A stretch of DNA of 64,000 nt, taken from the IMG/VR virus record IMGVR_UViG_3300017963_000016, positions 29,472 through 93,471 of that record, one strand, 5' to 3'. How positions within the stretch are numbered: the first letter of the stretch is position 1; each line of letters opens with the position of its first letter. Positions 56,002-64,000 of the stretch are shown in pieces. The position numbers were made by a program, and so were the translations under genes. The DNA is from a virus. Under the pieces are notes generated by a model, which searched no databases, was not told the origin of the DNA, and saw only the letters and a program-made list of their open reading frames with translations.

Positions 56002-57389
56002 TTTTCTAAAATATTTTTTTCAATAGATTATTAGCTATAAATACCATTATTGAATTAATAAAGTTTAAGAAAAAAATTAAAGAAGTAATAATTACTCTTT
56101 TACTCTTTTATGTAGATTTTCTAATTCTAATATTGCTAGGCCTATATTCTTATAGATTTTTGATATACTCTGATTATCCTTTTTATATTTAAATGGAAAA
56201 CCTTTGAATAGAAAAGAGTCTTGAAGTTTATCTAAGTTCCTTTTCATTTTATATATCTCATTTGAAAACTCTACTTTCTTCTTATTATCTTTTAAAATTG
56301 GTTTTTTTTGGCTTATATTATTTCAGCTCCTTAAAATCTTTAAACCATTGTATTCTGATCATGACTTTCTCTTGTAAGTCTTTCAGGTTAAAAGCATAGA
56401 CTTTTCTAACTCCATGATTATAACCATTAATCCATAGATTAAAAGCATAATATATTTTTCCATTAGCCTCTTTTACCTTATGAATCTTATCCAATTTAAT
56501 TTTCATATTGAAAATTAATGGTTTATTCAATTTTTTTAATTTTTCTTCAGGCATGATTAAGGAATAAAAGATTATTTTTTATGGTTTTTTTTTTCTTGTT
56601 TAATCTGTTTTTGGAGTTGATTCCAATAAATAGGAGGCCTCCAATACAATATGTAATTTGAGCCTTATAATTTTTATTTATTTGTTTTGTTAAGATATTC
56701 CCATTATTCTTACACTCATAACAGGCTATACATTTCTTTCCATTTAATATAAATGAGCTAGTAGTTCTCCTAACTTCCTTATTATTCTTATTGATCTTCT
56801 TATTACAAAATGAGCATTTTGGCATTATCTATTATCCTTAATTTCTTTAAGTAAATCTGTAAAGATAACTTTATGATTAGAGATATGTATAAGTATTTTG
56901 CCTAAATTCTGTATATCTTTTATACGGTTTATATTCCTATTTAATTTGCGAATTTCTTTCTCCATTGAATTGAGATTATTTAATGAAGATTTTATAATGT
57001 TTAATGATTCTAATTTTTTATCAGGGTTTTTCAGAATTTTTTTCTTAGGCATATTAAACCTCTTTAAAATAAAAAAAAAATAATATTAAAAAGTCATTCC
57101 AATTAGTATAGCTCTTAGAAATTCATTTATTTCACTTGCAGTTCCTGAAGTAAGAGGATCGCCTGATAAAACCCACTTCTCCTTTCCTCCTGGTTTGAAG
57201 TTGTATTGATCGATATATTTCCTACCATATCTCTGTCCTAGCATTAGTCTCCTTTTTGAGCCTTTCTTAGCTAATCTGTTGTTTATACTTTCAAATTTTT
57301 TCTCTAACTCTTTAATAGTTATTCTTGGCATAATTATTTCCTTTTAGTTTTATATTAAAATTAGTTTAAAGGATATAAATAAATTAGGT

Positions 57390-57800
57390 TTATCCCATCA
57401 ATTTATCGAAAATAAGCATACTAGGTAATACTATCAATATTACTACTCCAATTATCTCTAAAGATTGATTTAATGCCATTCCTATTATATAGACTTCAAT
57501 AATAGAGATTGTAATAACTATTGAGGAAGTGTAGAAATCTGATAAATTGTTATATCTAAGAGCATAAATGTATAACAGAATTATCAATAATACTAAGAAT
57601 CCAATGATTACTAAATAGCCTGATATGGTCTCAATCTCTAATGTTGGGGATTGGAAAATACCAACACTCAATAAACCTCCTACTATAGAATCAATACTAG
57701 TTTTAAGCAGAATTTTATTACGGTTAACTTTCTCCCTTTCTCCTGGTTTTTTTCCAGGTTTATTTTCTTTTCTCCTAGATTTCTTTTTATCATTATCCAT
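57390..57800 (-). CDS. Four-TM membrane protein
   Basis: Basic N-terminus followed by four hydrophobic helices. Confidence 0.65.
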   Translation of the reverse strand: MDNDKKKSRRKENKPGKKPGEREKVNRNKILLKTSIDSIVGGLLSVGIFQSPTLEIETISGYLVIIGFLVLLIILLYIYALRYNNLSDFYTSSIVITISIIEVYIIGMALNQSLEIIGVVILIVLPSMLIFDKLMG

Positions 57801-58027
57801 TAATCTAAATCAGCTCTATTCTGTAATCTATTTAACAAACCAATTATTTTGTTATATTCATTCTCAATTTTCTGAACTGTTGCCTGATCTTGTTTAAATT
57901 TAAAGGCTTTTCTTAAAATTTTAGTTGATTTGATAATATCTCCTAATGGTTTTTTTATATTATCTTGGATATGATCTGATATTGAGTAAGCCTTTCCTGA
58001 ATATTTATCTTCTAATATCTTTCCCAT
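57800..58027 (-). CDS. Small helical protein, paralog of 58029..58328
   Basis: MGKILED.YS..YS ... L.NRA. Confidence 0.55.
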   Translation of the reverse strand: MGKILEDKYSGKAYSISDHIQDNIKKPLGDIIKSTKILRKAFKFKQDQATVQKIENEYNKIIGLLNRLQNRADLD

Positions 58028-58028
58028 T

Positions 58029-58328
58029 TTATTGGTCTTCTTTTGCTCTATTTTTTAAGGATATTAATTTGACTTTTAGTTTTGCTAAATTCTTCATAGA
58101 TTTAGATAAGTCATTATAGAGATTAAAGGCTTGATTCTGTAGTTCCTTATCTTTCTGGAGCTTAAATATATCTCCTATTAATACATTTTTATTATCATTG
58201 AAGATATTGTAAATACCTTTAGCTTGGTTATTACTTATAGAGCTTAATCCATTTAAGAGTTTATCAATATCGTTAATTATTTTTGAATAAACGTGTTTTG
58301 AATAATAATCCTTTAATATTTTTCCCAT
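58029..58328 (-). CDS. Small helical protein, paralog of 57800..58027
   Basis: MGKILKD.YS..YS ... LKNRA. Confidence 0.55.
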   Translation of the reverse strand: MGKILKDYYSKHVYSKIINDIDKLLNGLSSISNNQAKGIYNIFNDNKNVLIGDIFKLQKDKELQNQAFNLYNDLSKSMKNLAKLKVKLISLKNRAKEDQ

Positions 58329-60193
58329 ATTAATTATCTCTTTATTTTAATAAATTGATTAATTTATTTTTTAGTTCTTCAATATTATTAGCCTCAATAG
58401 TTAGATATTTTTCTATTCTCTCACTACCGTATTTAGTTGGTTTCCAGATTTCATTTATTTGATAAACAGTCTTATTATCTTTCTTAGTTTTTGTAATGCC
58501 TCTTATAGAATATCCATTAAGCTTAAAGTTTGCTATCTTACCTTTTTTCTTCTTTTTGATTGTTTTGACTTCCCAATTTATTAAATTATTCAAATCCTTT
58601 ACAGTTTTAATCTGATCAGGTCTTACCCAATCCTCAAACTCAGTTCCCGTTTTGAGATTCTTAATATTAACATAGATAAGCCATTGATTTCCATATTTTC
58701 TTTTCTGTATTCTATTTATAACAAAATCCTTTTTCTGATATTTATATTGACTTGGCATATAATCCCTCTTTAAAATCTAATCAATTTTTATTTTATCAGC
58801 TCTACTAACAAAATCCTCTAATAATTTAATAGCCTCATTAACATTAGCACTAGCCTTAAATAATAAAGTGTAATCTTTTTTAAATTTCATAGAGATAATT
58901 CCTACTCTAATATCTTTCTGGAGGCTTTTTAGTTTTTTAATTACTTCTATTTTCTTTTGAATTATTGATTGCTTTCTTTCTTCTTTAGTTGCCATAATTA
59001 CTTTACCTGTTTGTTTTTTCTGTTTATTTTATGATTAAAAAAAATTAATCCTTAGAGGATACTACTCTTGATATTAAGTCTTTAAGGATTTGTTTATTAG
59101 AATTTAGATTTTTATTGAACTTATCAGCCTTAGCTATATCTGTTTTATATTTCCAGGTTTTTTGGTCTCCTAGCTGTGGAATATTATTTAATTGTTTTAA
59201 CATATCTTGTAATGTGTAAATTGTTGCGTTGGCCTCAAATCTTTTACTCTTAACTAATACTGAGGATTCATGTTGTTTGAAATAGAAATTTACTACAGGT
59301 TTGCCATTATGTTCAGATTTATCCATTTTAACTATGAATCCCTTTCTTAGAAGATCATTTTTTCGATCTTGAATCAGGGGAGAATCGCCTGGAAAGTTTT
59401 TGAAAGGTCTATATAATCTAAAAGTCTTTTCAGTTCCTTTATGAATAAATTTCTTCTTATCTGGAGGCTCCATAATAAACTATTTTTTTTTTTAAAATTA
59501 AATAAAAATAAGATTTTGAAAATAAAAAGATTAGGTTTGATTTAGATTAAAATATACCTGTTGGATATAATTGATCTTTTAGCTTTTTAATTATAATGTC
59601 TTGAACTATAGATTTTAAATTTGATTTAGAGGAGGCATTTAATATTACTTTTTTCTTGTTTATTTTTTTGCCATTTACAAATAAATCAAATTTGTATTCT
59701 GTTGGTCTCACTCTTCCCGCATATATTGGGATTTCTCTGATTATATTCTTAATCTCTATTTTCAATCCAAATCTAATATCGGTTATAGCTTTTTCGCTCA
59801 TTTTATTTTTGCTCCTAGTTTTTTTATATTGAATTAGCCTGGAAAAAAAAATTAAAATATTTTAAATTATTTATATGGCTTATCTAAGTAATCGTCTCCC
59901 CAAACAACCCATTTTTTTTCTTCCTGGAGATATACTACGTTAGTATGGTTATCATATCCATATATTTGTTTAGTGAAGTAAAAGCCTGTAAGTCTCCCTG
60001 TCTTTCCTTTAACAGATTGTTTCTCTCTATTCTTTCTAACAAATATATTTCTCCTGCCAACTGATCTAACTAATTGATTTGTTTGATAAGCCTCTATTGT
60101 TTTGACTAATTCTGTTATTATCCAATTGCCTCTAGATTTTTCTAATTTTTCTAAAATTTTCTCTTGATTTGTTATTCTTCCCATTTTTTTCAC

Positions 60194-60481
60194 TTAATTA
60201 TTTTTTTTGAAGATTAGATTTTTTTCTTTAATAAATTTCTCAGTAATAGTATATGAAGTTCCTCCTATATGATTTTTGAAAGTCTTTACATAACCTTTCT
60301 GTCTTAGTTCTAGGAGGTGTTTTTTTATGATCTTTTCATTTATATTAACTCCATGTTTACCATAAATAGTTGAGTTAATAAAGGATAAATCAGTGAAAAC
60401 GTATTGATAATTATCCTCTAATATCAAGAGGATTCTTTTCTTATTTTTACTCATAATGAACTTTTCTGAAATGATTACCAA
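60194..60481 (-). CDS. Winged-helix protein
   Basis: RILLIL...IKKHLLELRQKGYVK.....YTITEK. Confidence 0.65.
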   Translation of the reverse strand: MVIISEKFIMSKNKKRILLILEDNYQYVFTDLSFINSTIYGKHGVNINEKIIKKHLLELRQKGYVKTFKNHIGGTSYTITEKFIKEKNLIFKKNN

Positions 60482-61006
60482 CTCATTTATTCAATTAAAA
60501 TATTACCTGTATTATTTCTTTCAATTAATTGTCTTAGTTTAATATTAGCCTTATTCAAAAGAGATTGTATCTCTGAATTTAAATTTTGATCTTTTATATT
60601 TACAAAATTATCCTGGATAAGAGATAATCTAGTCATTTCAGCATTAATATTTTTCATTACACTTAAAATTTTAATATTGAATTGTTTTTTGGTTATTTTC
60701 TTCATTTTAAATCCTCATAAATATCTAATTGATTCAAAATTATCAATATCCTTAGCAGAAATAGTCTTTTTATTAAGAGTCCTCATAAATCTGTCTAATT
60801 TAAATATTTCTCTGAGAAATGAATCCTTACTCAAAATTCTTTTTGATGTTAGGCCATTACCAATTGCGATAATTAAAGTTTTGGTATTCTCATTATTAAT
60901 TCTATATCCCTCATCATTCAGATATTTTTTTACTCCTGAGATTGTTATACCAATTTTCTTTTTATAGAAAGCAACTTCCTTATCTTTTTTAGTTTTTTTA
61001 GCCATT

Positions 61007-61432
61007 TTACTTTCCTCCTTTCTTTTTAGCCTTAACCTCAGCTTTTTTCTGCTTTTTAATTATTTTGGCTTTTTGTTTTAAGACTAATGCTAAACTCTGC
61101 TTTTCTGAGGAAAGATCACTCTTGTATTGGGAGACTTCCTGGTTTAATTGTTTAATCTCCTCTCTTTTAGCTATAATTTCAATGTATATTTCATCAGGCT
61201 CCTTAGCTAATCTTCCTAGCTCAGATTTATCCTGAGCAATATCATCTTGTAATTTGCTGGTTAATCTCTTCTTAGTAAATCTCCAATCTGAAAGTTTGCT
61301 AGCCTCTATTCTTTTTGCTCTTGCTAATCTTTCTAATCTATTTGTAAGCTTTTTCTCAATGCCTCTAATAGTTGATTTGATGGCTTTCTCTTGATTTGTA
61401 AGGTTTTGTATAGTTATTTTTTGTTTTGCCAT
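61007..61432 (-). CDS. Basic coiled-coil protein
   Basis: Continuous heptads with a Lys-rich tail. Confidence 0.55.
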   Translation of the reverse strand: MAKQKITIQNLTNQEKAIKSTIRGIEKKLTNRLERLARAKRIEASKLSDWRFTKKRLTSKLQDDIAQDKSELGRLAKEPDEIYIEIIAKREEIKQLNQEVSQYKSDLSSEKQSLALVLKQKAKIIKKQKKAEVKAKKKGGK

Positions 61433-61501
61433 AATAACACTTTTTTTTATTTTTATTATAGATAATGATTAGTTTAGTAAGTATAAAAAAATTAGGTTAA
61501 A

Positions 61502-61762
61502 CTATTTCAATAACTTATATACTCTTTTACCTCTTGATGTAATGAAATATTTTCCTTTAGATAGTTTTATATCTCCTTTCCTCATTAGAAAGTTAAATCT
61601 TTTCTTAGCATTTTCATTAGAGATTGAGTAAAAGTCATCTTGGGAGACTATTTCTTTAAAAGTATAACCAACTCTAGGATTATTTTTTGCTTGATAATAT
61701 AGTTCCTCTAAAATTATTTTATCAATAATCCAATATCCTGATATATCTATTTTTTTTGACAA
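61502..61762 (-). CDS. Winged-helix protein
   Basis: RFNFLMRKGDIK....YFITSRGK. Confidence 0.65.
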   Translation of the reverse strand: MSKKIDISGYWIIDKIILEELYYQAKNNPRVGYTFKEIVSQDDFYSISNENAKKRFNFLMRKGDIKLSKGKYFITSRGKRVYKLLK

Positions 61763-63015
61763 TTAAATCCCTTTAATTTTTTAATTAAATAAGTATTAGA
61801 TTCAGTATATAAAAAAATTAGGTTTGAGTCAATATTTCTTTTAGAATCACTAATAGCCTTTTCTTTTATTATTAAAATACCTATACAGAAAATAGCAAAT
61901 GAATAGAAATACTAGCATAGTTATTAATCCCTCAATGCTAATTAATTCTGCTGTTATAACAGTTGATAATCCAATATCAGAGAGAAAGTCTAAATTACCT
62001 GCTATTAGATAATATACACTAAGAAATACCATAAGGCCTAGAATAACAGTAATTCCTAGAAAAATTACAGTTCCTAAAGAATATACTAATTTTTTTTGAT
62101 TACCACTCCAATTTCTAGGGTTTAATCTCCTGCTTTGATAACCACTCATGTTTTATCAATAAAAAGTTTTTTTTTAAATAAAAAATAGAATATGAAAATA
62201 AAAAGATTAGGTTTAATTCTTAATTAACTTCAGGATCGATGTTTAAGGCTTTTAGGGGAGTTTTAGTTAAAGCAGGTTTAAAGATAAAATGTTTAAATCC
62301 TAATTGAGTTGGGAAATTATGACTAGGTGTTTTTTGAGGAATCCATGCTAGTAAATATATTCTTCCAGGATACCTTATTTTTCCAATATAGAATTGAACT
62401 TTCCCTGTTTTACCTTTATACTTTACATCTTTAGCCAAAATGGATTTATATCTATAAGTTCCTGAGTTAATTAATCCTGAGTATTTGCTATAATCTATAT
62501 TTGCTATTCCTGAAATCTTTAGCTTTTGTTTTATTTTATTGTTGATAATAGGTAATATAAATTCCTTAGCAAATTTCATAGTTTCTTTAATATCCTTATC
62601 GAATTGCTCTCTAGAACTCATTTCACTCACTTATTTTCTTCTTGGTTTTCTTAAATCATATTTCTTTATTTTGGCCTTAGTATCTAATAATTTCCCATCT
62701 AACTTTATAGAAATAGCTAAGGTTCTATATTCTTTCTTTACTAACTGAAAAACAGCATATCCATTTAAAGTTCTAAAAGATTTCATTTTAGCACTCTGAG
62801 GAAAATCTTTTTTAACACTTTCAATCCCTTTTAATGAGGCTGATTTGCTAGAATAGAATCTATAAAGACTCCAGGCATAAGTTCTACCTAAAACCCATAA
62901 TTGATTTTTCCATAAATAAACTTCAGAGATGGGAGTTATTTTTCTTGGTCCAGGCATATTAATCATTTTAAATTTTCTAATTAATACATTATTTTACAAA
63001 AATAAAAAGATTAAG

Positions 63016-63714
63016 TTAAAAATTTAATCCAAAATAAATGAATAAAAAGCCTATTCCAATGCCTATTATTCCCATAATAACATCTTGGATAATATTAGGT
63101 AATGGCTCTGATATGAATTTGGTATAGGAGCCTGTTATTTGATATTTTTTATTAAACATTCGATTAGCCATTTCAAAAGTAAATTCTATAAATTCAAATA
63201 ATAAAACAAAAAGAAAAGTAATCCAGATTGATTCTTGAGAAAAAACTAGTGTCAAGAATTGGGATATACTTTTAACCTCAGGAAGAGAAATCTCAAAATC
63301 AAAAATAACTATTGTATAAAAATAGAAAGCTAAGCCTCCTGCTAAATGGCTCCATATATCTATAGCTTTCCAGGAGGCAAAAAAACTATTAGCCTCAGGC
63401 CTTTTGAATAATCCTTTCCTCATTCCTGATACTTGAATCATTACAAAAATCCAGAAAAACACATTAGCCTCTTGATAATACTTGTTTTCTGTGTTTGAAT
63501 AGAAGAAAATAATTATTCCTAATAAAACCAAGATTATGTAAAGGGAGATATACCATATATTCTTATGAGCTGAACTATGAAAAACTTTAGGCTCTCTTCT
63601 TTTTTTTTTCCTCCTGGAATTATTATTACTTTTAATTCTATTCAGCTCCTGGATAATTTTAAGAATGAATAAATGGATTATTTTCTTCCCATATATCTTG
63701 ATAAATAAATTCAA
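63016..63714 (-). CDS. Multi-TM protein with D.W.H...E..E...D motif (DUF2238/VanZ-like putative membrane hydrolase)
   Basis: DIWSHLAGG, LFEFIEF, EPLPNIIQDVIMG within TM helices. Confidence 0.55.
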   Translation of the reverse strand: MNLFIKIYGKKIIHLFILKIIQELNRIKSNNNSRRKKKRREPKVFHSSAHKNIWYISLYIILVLLGIIIFFYSNTENKYYQEANVFFWIFVMIQVSGMRKGLFKRPEANSFFASWKAIDIWSHLAGGLAFYFYTIVIFDFEISLPEVKSISQFLTLVFSQESIWITFLFVLLFEFIEFTFEMANRMFNKKYQITGSYTKFISEPLPNIIQDVIMGIIGIGIGFLFIYFGLNF

Positions 63715-64000
63715 TTAAACAATTCAGCAGATCATCTTTAAAATCTTTAAAATATGAAAGATTAAAGCAATCCCAATCCAGAAATAACTCTTTATAAGAA
63801 AAGATAATATCGGTTATCACTTTTATAATTTCAGGTAGATCATTTTTTATAGCCTCATCATATAGAATTGCTAAACTCATAGGAAAAATCTTAATTTCAT
63901 TCTCTATTTCTAAGTCTATAATTTTTATCAATATTCCTTTAAACTCTACATTCTTTAATGGTTTTCCCTTAAGCATAGTCTTAGAGAAATATTGTAAAGC

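Larger units (their letters stand above)
1..64000 (-). mobile_element. Segment of a large virus or extrachromosomal element, probably Asgard (Lokiarchaeia)-associated
   Basis: Single-strand coding over 64 kb, dense small hypothetical ORFs, orphan MTases, no housekeeping genes, Loki-type domains, archaeal promoter and terminator signals. No element boundaries visible. Confidence 0.75.

Noticed and set aside
61007-61432. ESCRT-III/Snf7 homolog
   Set aside because: Only generic coiled-coil similarity; it has a basic rather than acidic C-terminus and no Vps4 nearby.
1047-62748. All plus-strand ORFs in the track
   Set aside because: They are short, antisense to longer minus-strand genes, and have the F/L/I/S-rich composition expected from the reverse complement of K/E/N-rich genes.
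1-64000. Alternative genetic code or stop-codon reassignment
   Set aside because: Recognisable enzymes are full length under the standard code, and TAA, TAG and TGA all end coupled genes.

Overview
Very AT-rich window (roughly 25% GC by eye) in which essentially every credible gene, about 130 mostly short ORFs, lies on the minus strand. I see no rRNA, tRNA, CRISPR array, housekeeping operon, capsid, terminase, integrase or replicative polymerase. Gene content is typical of a virus or large extrachromosomal element: 4 DNA methyltransferases, a UDG-superfamily glycosylase, 2 radical-SAM-type proteins, ASCH/PUA, DUF488, DUF5591, DUF6011, PRAI-like and PRTase-like enzymes, many winged-helix and Zn-finger proteins. 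Several proteins carry domains I recall from Lokiarchaeia (Asgard) proteomes (the 'EFWGHCSNLQAW' domain, an 'ENLLISD' HEAT-like domain, CxxC...CCxC mini-domains). Promoters and terminators look archaeal (TATA about 25-30 nt before ATG, oligo-T ends). Best reading: part of a >64 kb Asgard-archaeal virus or giant mobile element. The window has two zones. Bases 1-38.2 kb form a tightly coupled operon-like block, preceded by a ~175 nt predicted multi-helix, pseudoknotted minus-strand RNA. Bases 38.9-64 kb hold mostly short transcription units separated by intergenic regions that share a set of repeated motifs, including an 86 bp repeat at a fixed distance upstream of two unrelated genes. All family assignments come from motif recognition, not database searches.
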